Assembly (NCBI GenBank): GCA_016748015.1 | Contig: JAAOMT010000393.1 | Location: 1-50,967, forward strand | Source of the DNA: Geosiphon pyriformis uo1 | Lineage: Eukaryota; Fungi; Glomeromycota | DNA length: 50,967 bases | Direction: 5' to 3' | Shown: piece by piece, positions 34,903-47,904 of the stretch | Position numbering within the stretch: the first letter of the stretch is position 1 | Layout: each line of letters opens with the position of its first letter | Position numbers and translations under genes: made by a program | Notes under the pieces: model-generated | Seen by the model: the letters and a program-made list of their open reading frames with translations, nothing else | Databases searched by the model: none | What the model was told of the DNA's origin: nothing

Positions 34903-37900
34903 TCTTTATTTATAAATAAAGTCCAACTACTATTTAATATAAAAAACCAGATTAAGAGATTTACATTATATATAATTTACACTTTTACTACATATAATAA
35001 GTTACTTAAGCCAAATAAAACATTACAATATATTTATATAAATTGAAATCTTACTTTCAAAACCAAAAAAAAAAGCACAAATTATGTCTATTAAAACTAA
35101 TTTTTAAAAACTTAATAACTTTTAATATACAAATTATATTATTTAAAAGTTTTTTTTTACTTACATAACAAACCAGAAACCAAATTATTATTTTTAATCA
35201 GATTGGTTTTTTTATATTAACTTTATATTTAAATTTAAAAAGCCAAATTCTTAAATAATATAACTTTACTAAATACTTTACAAATTTTAAAACAATTAAA
35301 ATTACACTTTTTTATTCTTAAATATTAAAATAACTTTCAAAATTCATTTTTTTAATACAAAACTCTTGTAAACTATTGTATATAAATCTATATTAAACAA
35401 ATACATAATTTGATAGTTTTATTTTATTGTATAGCAAATACAAAATATCTGAATATGTTTTATTAAACAATTTTTTTTTAATTATAATCAGCAGTCTTTT
35501 GTATATAGTTTTATTAAGTAAGTATGAAAATTGGCCAATTTTTTATAAGTAAATTTAACAATATATGTAAATTAAAGTATTATATTTATGCAGTTAAAAA
35601 CCAGTTTACATTTTAAATTAGTAAACCAAAAATTACATTTTAATTAAAGCCTGCTTTCTATTAAGCACATAAAATTAATCTGTATAAATTATAAACAAAG
35701 TGATAAATATTGTTAAAAACAGCCATATTTTTAACTATAATAAAATATTTGTATATTTTACATGACAAAAAAAGAGAAATTAAGTAATTTTATCTATTAA
35801 TAAATTAATTCTAGTTTTGTTTAGAATCTTAAAATAATTCTTAATTTTTAATTATCTAACCAAAAAACTTTTATTGTTTATTAAATTAGCAATATATTTT
35901 TTTTCTATTCAGTAAATTTTTTAAAAGTCCAATATAATAATATTAGATTTTAAACCACAATTATTAATAGTTGTATGATTATCTAAGTAAACAATTATTG
36001 TACAAAAAGCTAAAATACATTCTAAAAACAAAGTAATAATCTGTAATTTAATCATTATAGAAAACAAAAACCTGTGTATTCTAATATTAATATTTATATT
36101 TATAACCAGAAAATAAGCAGCAGCTTTATAAACAATTTTAACAAAATTTAAACTTTTAAAAGATCTATTAATAAATACTTTAATTATATTTAACCAAATT
36201 TTATGCAGTTATTTATATATATTACAAAATATTTTGGAATTAAAAACATTTAAGCTTTGCAAATTTTTAATACAGTCAGAACTAATTACTAAATAATTAT
36301 TCTTGCACAAAAACTTTAATATTTAATTAAACCAAGAAAGCATAAGTTCTTTTAAATTCAATTTTTTTTATCTATAAAATATTTTTTAATTCATAATATA
36401 ATCTTTTTTATTTAAAAGTCTGTTATTAAACACAACTCCAAACTGTTTTAAAAAATAAACAGAATTATAATACAAAAACACATTTAAAATGTTTAATATT
36501 AAATATTTACCAAAACTGTAAAATACACTAAACAATCTATTATTCAAAAAATATTTATTACTTTAATCAAAAATTATTCACAAAATTAATACACAACTTA
36601 ACAAAATTTTGAAATAAATTTAATAGAGCCCACTTTATAATTTGTAAATTAAAAAACTAATAATCAAAAAAACATTCAAAAATATATATAATATTAAAAA
36701 ATACAATTATTAATACCAATTTTACTTTAAATTACATTTGCTTAAAAGTTTTTAAATTATACAAAAAAAAATATGTAATATTTTACTAGAAAAGTCTTAT
36801 AGCAAATTAGCTTTTAATATAAGTTTTATTTTAATTATAACATCTTATTTGTAAAACATATTCTTTAAAATAAAACTAAATTATAAATGATAACTAATTA
36901 TATACTACAATATAGCTAATACCAAATAAAAAAAGGTTTATCTGTAATTGTTTTTGTAGTATTAAGTTGGCAAAGAACTAAACATCAAAATAAACTTAGC
37001 CAAATTTGGCGTAAACAGACTTTTAGTTAACAAAAAATATCCAAGTATCTATGTAGTTTATTTTTTAAAAAAGCTGTCTTAATATCTTAATTAATAGAAT
37101 AGCCACTGTTTTTTATTGTTAATTAAAACATTATTAATTTTAAAAAATTTACTAACAATATTCAAAATATACTGAGTAAAAGCTTAACAAATTCTAACTT
37201 AAATTGTGTCATTTATAAAGATATTCATTACAATAAATAACATCTTTTTTTATGGTTTTTTATTTTATTAGTTTTTACAATAAACTTAATATTAATTTAA
37301 TATTTATATAAATGTTTTTGTTTTTTGATCTTATATAAAAAAAAAGATAAATAATTTTTTAAAGAAAAAAAATTTTTACTTAAATTTAACTTATTATAAA
37401 TTCTATAATTACATAAAAGCCCAAAGTTAACTTGTTTTTATATATATTACTAAAAAATTTTATGAACTGATTATATATTTTGATGTATTGTAAGTTAGTT
37501 TTTAAATAATATCAACCAATTAAGTTTTAAGTTTTATACATATTTTATAGAACCAATTAGAGTTTTCTGTTTTTTTTTAAAGTATTTTTAAATACTGACT
37601 TAACAATAATCACAGGAAATTAAGTTGATGTACTTTTAAAAACCAAAATATAATCTTTATACAGAACACTAAATTTGCTATAAGTATTTAAAATTTGATC
37701 AAATAAAATTTTAAATAAAATTTTTTTAACTGTCTTAATTAATACAATAAACTATATATTTGTTAAAATACTATCCTAATTATAAGACTTAAAAATTATT
37801 GAAATCTTTATTTTTTTCTAATAAACTCGAATATTACTTAAAATTAAATAAGAATTCAACAAAACTTCAAAACTAAATTGTTACAATACTTTTAAAGCTT

Positions 37901-39497
37901 ATTAAATATATTAAACAAATTACCAGTAAATAAATACAAAATTTTCCATGTTGATTTTATTATAACACTAGAAAAAAAATTATTATTTATATAATTTAAG
38001 GGTATATATTGGTAAAATTACAGATTTGACAATATTAAAAACAAAACTTGTTTTTTTATCTATTTTTTTATAATTTTATTAATTTTATTCTTTACTTTAT
38101 TAATTACAAAATAATTTAAAATTATTTTATAAAAAAACTACTTTAAAATACTTTTAATTATGTATCTTTTATTAAAGTAAAAAATGTTTATACACTTTTG
38201 GCTGCTTTTAATTTATAATACTTGAATTTTCTATTTTTTTTTAATCAATAATAAATATTTAGTAAGATCTTTTAATTTCATATTATTTTGAACCAACTTG
38301 CTAATTTCAGAAACTTTTTTATCATTAATAGTTGACCAAGTTTTAATAAAATAAATAAATTCGAGTTTGTTACTTAAAACCAAACATTTACAATTTTAAT
38401 TATTAATTATTTTAACTTAAAAAACTTTAAAAATTGTTTGTTTATCAAATAATTAAACTTATTAAACCAATATTAAGAAAAAACTTTATTAATTAAGTCA
38501 ATTATCATTCTTTTTAATACTTTTTATGTTAAATTCAAATTATTAAAACTCTTTGTTTTTATAAATTTATTTAATAATATTAAAAACATAGTAGAAAAAC
38601 AGTTATTAAAATGTGTTTATTTGGTCTTATTTATATTTTTTATATTAAATTTCTAATGATTTTTATTAATCTGCTTGTAAATACTATTTAAACAAATATT
38701 TGAATAATAAATACTTATTAAAGGAATTAATCAATTTTAAACTTAAACAAAACTTAAAATTTACACTTTATTTAATCTATTTTTATTAAAATTTTTTTTA
38801 AAACCCACAAAAAAGCTAGAATTAACCCTTTTAACAATAAAAAAGTTAATTTTTAACATTTAATTAAACCTAATTTTAGCAGAAACACTAATATACAAAC
38901 CTAATGTTATGACTAAAAGCTTATTTTTAAACAAAAAATAAACTAAAATTACCTAATCTAATATATTTTTTACTTTTAAAACAGATTAAACCAAAAAATT
39001 ATTTATAATAACAGCCAAACTAGCATCAAAAAAATTTTTATTCAAATTAAATATAAAAATTTAAATTCTATTAAATTTATTTATAATTTAAAACTTAATA
39101 CTAAATATTAATTTTGTTTTTATAATAATTAAAATTATATTGTTAAAATTTATATGCTATTTAATTATTCTGTTTGACAAGAATATTTAATTTTTTAAAA
39201 TTACAAATAATTATTTTCTAAATAAAACTAATTATTAATATATTAAAAAAAATACATTTTAAACCAAAACCAAATTATTAAATCTTGTTAACAAATTGAT
39301 AATTAAGCTTGACAAATTTTCTAACTGAATTTTTAATTTGATTATATTTAAAAATACTAAAAGATTTAGCTTTGTAGTTATTTTATAATTAGTAAATATA
39401 TCTAAATCTCTTTTATTATTATATTACTTATCTGATTTTATAATAAAAAATTATTAGCAGCTAATATTTAAAATTAAACTGAAAAACTGTTAACACA
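34903..39497 (-). mobile_element. Relic copy 6, 3' part (3' UTR, all of ORF2, ORF1 C-terminus), extreme GC-to-AT decay
   Basis: A 3' UTR remnant lies at about 34910-35025 (aaagtccaactactattt...). Colinear matches to copy 2 include ttatctgtaattgt (~36938), gccactgtttt (~37102) and the ORF1/ORF2 junction near 39170-39240. Confidence 0.8.
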
Positions 39498-40793
39498 AAT
39501 ATATTATTATCAATCAAAATTTAAAATAATAATTAGAATAAAATTATTCTTATAATTCTTATTATTATTTAGTATATATTATTATTTTAATTTATTACTT
39601 ATTATTTTATTACATTATTTGAATTATTATTTAATTAATAACTTGATTTATATAGAACACAAATATAACCAAATTGTAATGATTAGATTATATAATATAT
39701 TAAACTATAATATTTAATAATTCAATAAAATATTCAATAATTTATTAAAATAAATTATAATTGACAAAAATAATATATAATCTGATAAAACATATTTTTA
39801 GTTTGCCAAAATATTAGAAAAAAAGTGCTAAATTATAGAATAGTATTATAATGAATTATATAAAAAAAAGCTTTTTCTTTAAGAAAATATATTTTTATCA
39901 ATATTTTTTTTTTATTATGTTTAATGCGTGAAATTCAAACACTACTTAGTATAATACATCATACAAATAATCTAAATTAGATGTGAATTATGCATTTTCC
40001 ATATGTGACCAGCCACTTAGGCTAATCAGAACAACACTAGACACTTATATAAACAGAGACTATATCTCTTAGACCTAAGAAAAACAAACAAAATTTATAA
40101 AATCTGAAACTCACATCTACTGCTTCAATTATACTCAATAATTTAACCATGCTAGCTAAAAGCATTGATAGAAAACCTAATACCAGAACAGAAATAGAAT
40201 CATCATGTGGAATTAAGCTATTCTTTTCCATAAAAGCATGATACTTAATACGCACCATATTTTTTTAGTATTTTTTATTAGATATTTTAGTAAAAATTAT
40301 TTTTTATATAAATTAATTCTAATAAAACTTACTTTAAAAAAAAACAATAAAAATTTTTAATTTAAAATTAACTATTTTATATTAATATTTTGAAATTGAT
40401 TAGCTATCAATTTTAATAAATTTTAAGTCTAAATTCAAAACAATTTTTTTAACACATTTTTTTATTTTTTTTATAGTTTATTTTTATTTTTTTATTTTTT
40501 TATATTATTGGGTAGTCTATAGTTAAAATTTTTTGTAAAAAAGTTGACTTTTACAGTAAAAAAATTACACAAATTTTTAAAAAACTTAAAAAGAAAATTT
40601 TTTTGTAAAAAAATTAACTTTTACTACAAAGTAACTATATAAGTAATCGACATAAAATTGGTTATTTTATCATAAATTCAACTGTATATATAATCTAAAG
40701 TATAGAAAAATACTTTAAAAAAAAAATTAACTTATTAAAAATTTATTAACTTTTATTAACAGCAGAATAAATAACAAAATAATATTAATAACA
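39497..40793 (-). repeat. Dispersed repeat X, second copy, inserted in copy 6 and itself split by copy 7
   Basis: The reverse complement aligns to 1087-2040 on both sides of the copy 7 insertion. Confidence 0.75.
39911..40256 (-). mobile_element. Copy 7: 5'-truncated LINE insertion (last ~73 codons of ORF2 + 3' UTR + tail)
   Basis: Encodes the C-terminus MVRIKYHAFMEKN...CLFFLGLRDIVSVYISV. The 3' UTR is at 39920-40036. The TSD atattttttt lies at 39901-39910 and 40257-40266. Confidence 0.9.
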
Positions 40794-40794
40794 T

Positions 40795-40956
40795 TAAAAA
40801 AAAATAAAAAATCTTTAATAATAGTATTTAATCTTTTAACTAACTTATTAATCTGTTTTACAAAGCTGGCAAAACTGTTTTTAATTTTGTTAAATTATTT
40901 TTTCATTCAATTTACAATTATCAAAAAAGGTTTGACTTTGTTTAAAAAACCAAATT
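40795..40956 (-). mobile_element. Relic copy 6, middle piece (ORF1 coiled-coil region)
   Basis: aatcttttaactaacttattaatctgttttacaaagctggcaaaactg aligns to the reverse complement of copy 1 about 5130-5190. Confidence 0.6.
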
Positions 40957-41123
40957 AAAAAAAACATTAGAAAATATTTGAAAGAAAATTAAACAATCTT
41001 TTTTTTGTTGATCCCCTGACCATAACAAAAGCAAAAATTTATTGAGAATTTAACAAACCTTTTTTTTCTTTTCTTATTCATCTTTTCATAGTTATTTCTT
41101 CTAATACATTTGTTTTTGTTATT

Positions 41124-43071
41124 ATAGAACTGGTAGACTCTTCTGCTAATAACTCTGTTTTGAGTTTGGCTGGTTTAGAGACTCACCCAAACACTAAGAA
41201 GAAACACATAGACAGCATCTACTCTTGTGCTGCATCATATAAGAAGTCAAAAAAACCCAAAGCTGGTGGTATTTTAGTCGATTCATCTATTAGCCCTTTG
41301 GCACTAGAAGATATTGGCATTTCTGGTGATAAGCCTACAATATTCTGGGGAAGCGAAGTTGAAAGTATTGCTAGCAGTGTAAATGGTTTCTCAGATGTTG
41401 AGAATATGGCAAACACAATTACTAAGGAAACAAACTACGCTAAATCAAGTAAGAACGACAATATGAATAATGTTACACCAAGAAAAACTCACACCCAAAT
41501 GTACATGTTGGACAACTCTCTGAAGGCTCCAACGTTTGACACTATAAGTAATAATAAGAGTGTGCTAGGTCTTCTTTCTCCAAAGTTTGTTGATTTCAAT
41601 TAGCTGCCACCTGTCAGGTCATGTGTTTTGGAGAAATGTAGCTTTAAGCCAGTCAAATTATTCACATTTGATGTTGAGTTGTCTGCTGTGCCTAGAAAAA
41701 CAAATAGTAATAAGTTAATTACAATCAAAAAAATCTTCTATCAAATTGATGGTTTTGGAAGGGTGTTAACTCCCTCAAAATTTCCAGAGATTATTAGAAC
41801 TTTATTTACATCTGAGTTTAGTATAAATAAGGCAAAGAAATTAGCAATCTGTAAGAAAATTATTATTAATGATAATTTAAGAAAAGTAAATAGCCATTTA
41901 AATTAGGAAGTGATAGTCAAAAAGATCCCAGTAGATCTTCTCAAATTGGCAATTGTGTTAGTGTTTTCTAAATTTGGTTAAGTAATTTCGATTAGGATAC
42001 AACTGATTGGGCTTTGGCAAAAAGCTTTAATGAAATTTGAGTTATCAGATGTGGCTAGATCAGTTGCTTCCAAATGGTCAGTTCTTATGGGTAAAGATTC
42101 TGTTTATGTTGCATTGGTAGTGAGTGACAAAAAATCGTGGGTAGTAAGGAATTATCATCAAGCTTTATTGTATACTTTGCCAATAGACACTATGATGCAT
42201 GATCTTTTTGGTTTATTGGAATTATATGGTGAGAAAACTTGTTTCATTGGCCATAATCTCAGTTCATATGTGTGTGACAGATGTCTAGTAGTGTGTTTTG
42301 CTAATAAAGCATTCAAATTGGCTGCTGTTAATTCTGTTCCAGTTTATAAAGATGTAAATTTGTGCTAAACTGGTTTTTTTTTGGCTTGTTACACCAACTA
42401 TAAACAATTTGGTCATATATTTTGATGTGTGTTCAGTTGGTGGGAACTCTGGAGTTTGTTATAAGCAAGTGATGTCTTCTCAAGATCAGGTTCATTTAGC
42501 TAATATTTATAAGAGAAAGCAGGCTCCAGTTGTTTGCCTGGTTTCTTTTGGTGGAAAAACTTGGGCTTAAATTGCAGGTGGTTTTTTCTTTTGTGTGGTC
42601 TTGTCAATTCCTTCTGGTATTGGTTTGCTTTTAGGTGCAAAACCCTTGGTAATGGTTTCCAACCCTCTTGATAATTCTGGTTTGGCTGACCGCATGGTCT
42701 CTTTGAAGTGCTCCATAGAGCTTTTATTGGATCAGATCTCTGAGATTTTGAGAAAATTGAGCTTTGTGGAATTGGTGTCATTGTCATCTTCATCTTGTGT
42801 CCTCCCTTCAATTGTTGCCTCTTCTTTGGACTTGGCTCTGAATTTGGATATGGTTGTGGATAATGTGTTGGTGTCTTTTTTTCTTTCTCTTCTAGTGGTT
42901 GAGAATACTGGTCCTAAACTAAGTTTGAACAATTCGAAGGTTTTTACCACCAAGGTGAGTGGTTTGGAATTGAAGATGATGGCTCTAGAAGTTTCAGTCA
43001 GTTTGGTATTGGCAAAATTGAACTCTTTATGTTCTAGTTTGGATTTGTTAGCTTCTCTTTCTTCTCAATAA
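41124..43071 (+). pseudogene. LINE ORF1, disrupted
   Basis: The decayed start ATA-GAA-CTG-GTA corresponds to MEPV of copy 4. Contains DVELSAVPRK, IDGFGRVLTPSKF and WSVLMGKDSV, and ends SLSSQ-TAA. Confidence 0.86.
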
Positions 43072-46000
43072 GTGATTAGTTTAGAAAGTTGCTACCTGTA
43101 ACATTAGAAGAATGAACAATTCTGTGAAACAGAATGATATTATTTGTTGGCATAGGAATATGAACAGTTTGATCTCTATTGTTACTAAAACTAAGTTAAA
43201 AGACAAAATTTGTTCTTGGATTATGAATAAGTTTAATAGTGTCTGGGTTTTTACTTCTGGTTTGGATTCTGGTCATATGAGCTCTGGTGTTGTAATTATC
43301 ATGAACATTTCTCTAGTGCGACATGTGTGCAAAGTTTCTGAGGTATCTGGTTGGCTTCTGTCTGTTAAACTGCTCTTTAAGAATAAACTTTCAGTGTCAA
43401 TTTTGGGTCTATACACTAGTGCTTCTTTAGTGATTTGGTTTTCTTAGGCTAGTAAAATCAACTCTTTCATTGCAAAGGTCATGAATGAATCTTTTTTTAT
43501 TATTGTTGGTGGAGATTTCAATGAAAACGGTCTGTGTAAATGTGCTAGTTTTAAAAAATGTCTTGATCTGAGGCTGGTCAATTCTCTGCTTAGTAGTTCA
43601 GTAGTGAAAGTTTTTACGTGAGAGAATGCAAAGGGTGTAAAAAAGACAATTAATTACATATTGGTTTCTTCTAATTTGATTAATGCAGTTTTAGAATGCA
43701 ATATTGTAGATGTTAGTGAGTACTTTGACACTAATTACCGAGCCATTTCTGTATTGGTGGGTCTGGGTGGTTTGTTGGATGTACAGTTAAACTTTTTTCA
43801 TAAGCAGACTAATAAAGATCATTGGAAGTTTGATTTTAAGGGTGCTGATAACAATAAGTGGGAAAATTTTAAAAATGTCATGTTGGCCAATGCTGGGATG
43901 TTCTCTGATGAGTTTGCTGCTGCTATCAAGTTCTCAAATCTGGATGCCATATGGGATGTTTTACACAGGATAATGACTCTTTTGGCAAATGAGATATTTA
44001 GAAAGAAATAGTTCAAGGATTTTAATAGTGTTTTCACCAAAGTTTTTTTGAAGTTTTATAAGTTGGAGCTTTTGGTTTCAAAAATTGTTAAGGTCTTTCG
44101 TGAGGGAAATGTTGTTAGTTTTGTCTCTTTTATGAAGTGCTAGAACTCTTTGAATAGTTTTAAGGTCTCAGTTGTTTAGGATCTTATAAACTTGGGTGTG
44201 ACCTCTAATTGTGTTCATTTTGCTCTCTCTGGTATAAGGAAGTCTTATAGTGTGTCTAAGCTTGTTAAATCTCTAGCAGCTAAGAAAACAAACATTAAAG
44301 CTGCTATAGATAAGAGAATAGAAAGCTTTAAAACAAATAAGGGTCATACTATTAGAAGTGTTCTGAAGCATCCTTTCCACAAAGTGGTTTTAGACCATCT
44401 GGTTGTTGATAATGAGCTTATTTTGGAGCCCAATTCAGTTAAATCTAAGGTGGACATTATTATAAAAGGTTGGACCAGGAAGCATGGTGTGGTTACTGAT
44501 GTCTCTGATGTTTGGTGTCATCAATATCAGCCATTAAATTATGTTTTTGATGAGGCTTTTTCTGGTGTAATGCATTCAATTGAGTTTAGTAAGCTGCTTG
44601 ATGTGATTTCTGATCTGCTTAATGGTAAAGCTATTAGTCTCTTGGGTATTACAAACGAGCTTTAGAAACATTGTGACAAGTCAATTCTGAATATGCTTTT
44701 GGTGCTTTTAAACTTTTGTCTATCTTGTGAATTAGTGCCCAGATCTTGGAAGAAAGCTTGGGTCTCGATAATTTTTAAATCATATAAGTGGGAAGGTGTT
44801 TTTACAAATACCTGCCCTATTGCTTTGATCAAGATAATTCATAAGATCCTTTCCAAGATTCTTTCTGATAGGATTTTTTTAGCATGCAGCACTTTCAATG
44901 TTCTTTGTGAGGACAATTTTTTGGTTTTGAAGAGTACAATGACTCAGTCTTCTATTTTTGCAATTAGATCAGTGGTTGAGAATACATTGAAAAAGAATTA
45001 GGAGTTTTGGCTGGTTTTGCAGAATATGCAGAAAGCATATGATTTAGTCGGCTGAGAACATCTCAAAAAAAGTTTGGTTAGGATCAAGATGTGTGGCAAG
45101 TTCATTTAATTTTTTGGTGGTATTCATAAAAATTGTACCAACAGGATGATGACAGACTTTGGATTGATAGATAGTTATTATGTATATAATAATTTGGACT
45201 AAGAGGAGGTGTTTTTTTCTCTCCTGTGGCATATATTTTATGATCCTCTACTATGCAAAGTCAAAAGACAGGAAAGCATATGTGGTTATAGATTAAGTTC
45301 TCATTTTATTTCAAAAAATAATCATGCTGAGTCCTAGGCTAGACTTTCTTCTTTTTTGCTACTGGTGCTTTCATTGATAATACAATTTGGGTTGGTAGTA
45401 GTCAGACAGCTACTCAACATATTTTTAATATTGTTAGTGAATTTTTTTGCATAAATAACATTTCTATTAATAATGACAAAACAGTGATCATTTCTATTAA
45501 TAGCAGAGTCAGCAATCCTTCTCTTTCTATCAGTGACTTACCAATCTTCATTGCCAAAAAGAATGAATCTTATCAATATTTGGGTATTTTTTTATTAACT
45601 GAAGGTCTATTAAAGCCTAGTTTGGTGAAAGCAAATTCAGATGTTCATTTTTTTACCAATCTGGTCTTGAGAAAAACTGTCTCAGATAAGCAGTTCTTGT
45701 ATTTGGTATTAGCAGTTTTTTATCTTATAATTAGTTATAAAATGCAGTTTAGTTTTGTTCCCATTAGTATGTACAACAAGTGAGATGCTTTAATTTATAA
45801 AAGCTTAAAACTTAAATCTGGCTTATCTCTCAATTTTCCTAGTAATACAATTTATCACCCTTCTTTTTATGGTTTGAAGTTTTTCTTTCAAGTTCAATCT
45901 GAGAGCAAGGTGGCCTCTTTTATTAGTTTTCCAAACTCTGGTGGTATTCTGAGTTGTTTGTTTTCTCACAGGTCCTATGACTTGTAAGTTCTGTGCTGAC

Positions 46001-47754
46001 ACTCTGTTTATCTATTGAGTTCTCTTGTTTGTATTTATGTTAATGCTTCCGATAACTTTTTGGCAGGCATGGTTTGCATTCTTTTTGAATGAAATTTGTC
46101 TTTGAGTGGCTTTTTGGCCAATCTCTTTTAGTTTCATGGTGGGGTCCTTATGTCTACTGTTCTGAGTGAATCACAGTTTCTTAAGTTTTTCTTTTTTCTC
46201 CAATAGTATAGTGTTGTCTTTGTGGATCAACTTTGTGATCATTATGGTTCTATCTTTGATTGACACACCTTCAAGCATTAGAAGAGATTAGATCCCTGTG
46301 GCTCTGTTCTTGAGTGGTTCAAGCTTTCTGTTGTATTTTTCAATAGTAGAAGTTTCTCTCTTACTCATCCCTTAGTTTTGAATGGTGTTGGTTCTTTAAA
46401 CATTCTTGAATTTCGTGATTTTGTTTCTGTTTGTGATTGTCTTTCACAAGTTGATACTGACAGTTTGTTGGTATATACAAATGAGTTCCTTAGTGGTTTA
46501 AGCACAGTTGGCTATAGAGTTGATGCTGCTGCTTTTTTTGAGGACATTGATTTGGATTTGGATATTGGTATGTTAGGTTTGATGTTATCTACTTTGGCAG
46601 AGTTGCAGACTATTGTACTGGCTCTGGAGAGTGTTTTTTCACTAAGCTCTGTTAAATTGTTTTCAGATAGTCAATCTGCTTTGAATGCTTATAGGTCTGA
46701 ATTGAGTCTGGTATGTCCCAACTTTTGTAATCAGTATTGGGTTGAATGTCATTATATTGTCAATATTATTTACAGTAAAAATCTAAAGGTCAGCTGACAT
46801 AAGATTAAAGGTTACTCTGGTGTTTTAAGGAATAAGTGCACTAACATGATTGCTGATAATGCTTCTCTCTCTAGTTGGTATTTTCTTTTTTGCTTGGGTG
46901 AATGCTTCATAATAGCTAATGGTGTTGTTGTTTCTGGCAATTCCAGACATTTTGTCCATAATATTTATTATTCGGTTTGTCATGTGCACTGGAAAATTGG
47001 TTCTGGTTTCAAGTTTTTGGCAGACAGTTTGCTTTCTGAGGTTGATTGGCACCATTCATCTTTGGTTTGGCACCCTAACTTGCACATGGCCATCAGTTTC
47101 ACCAGCAGATCTTTGGCTAATACACATACTTATTTCATAAAAGCTTTGCACCACTGGCTGCCAATTGCCATTTAGAAGTGCCTTTATAATAGACTCTATT
47201 CAAGTGTATTGTGTTTATATTGTGGTGATGTGAAGACATCAGATCATGTGTTTTCTTGTAAGATTGATAATTCTGTTTGACATTAGTTATTGGAATCTCA
47301 TGTGGACTCCTGGAAGGCAGTTTCTGGTTTCTTTCATTCTTTTTTAGGCATATTACAACTGTTGTCATTCTGTGTTTCTGACTTTTTTTTGTCCATAACT
47401 CTGTATAAGAATTTTGTTTTTAATAGTTGGTTTTGTGAGACAGTCACTGTTTTTCATGATCCCAAGATTGTTGATTTGAAGATTGTCAATTTTGTGCACT
47501 CTTTTAGTTTTGCTTTTAGAAGTAATGTCTGGTCTGTTCATGCTAGACATTGTGCTTATATGGAGAAGAATGAGTTGATTCTCCTTGATGGCTTGGTTCT
47601 TATCTTAGTTTCTGATTTGGCTTCAGGGTTGTTGGTTGAAGTGGTCAAATTGCTTGGCATTATTGATGCTTTTGGTGTTTGTTTTGGCTTTCACAAATCT
47701 TGTTTGTTTTTTTCAGACATAAATGACTCAGTTTCAGTTCACATAGCTGTATAG
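43068..47754 (+). pseudogene. LINE ORF2 (APE-RT-RNase H-CCHC), disrupted
   Basis: Contains ATCNIR, GGDFNE, QKAYD, AFIDNTIW, AELQTI, FSDSQSAL, CLYCGDVKTSDHVFSC and the conserved CLFFS...VSVHIAV end. Confidence 0.9.
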
Positions 47755-47870
47755 TGTTGTTTTGATTGGCCCGAATGGCTGGTTACATGTAGAAAATGCA
47801 TGATTTATGCCTAGTTTAGATCATTTCTTTGATGTATAACACTAGGTAGTGTTTGGATCTCACTTGTAAA
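47755..47870 (+). other. Conserved structured 3' UTR RNA element (copy 8)
   Basis: gattggcc cgaat ggctggtt; catgta gaaaa tgcatg; gcctagt/actaggt; ggatctcacttgtaaa. Confidence 0.8.
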
Positions 47871-47904
47871 GCAAATAAAAAAAACATTAGAAAATATTTG
47901 AAAA

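Larger units (their letters stand above)
40991..47876 (+). mobile_element. Non-LTR retrotransposon copy 8, full length and degenerate (ORF1 type b + ORF2 type Y)
   Basis: The TSD aaaaaaaacattagaaaatatttgaaa lies at 40957-40983 and 47877-47903, extending imperfectly to about 34 bp. The 3' UTR is at 47755-47870. Confidence 0.95.

Noticed and set aside
39488-40793. Repeat X as a solo LTR (TGTTA...TAACA)
   Set aside because: There is no matching 4-6 bp TSD, the aacag end is also expected from the host ORF1, and the other copy lacks a CA end.
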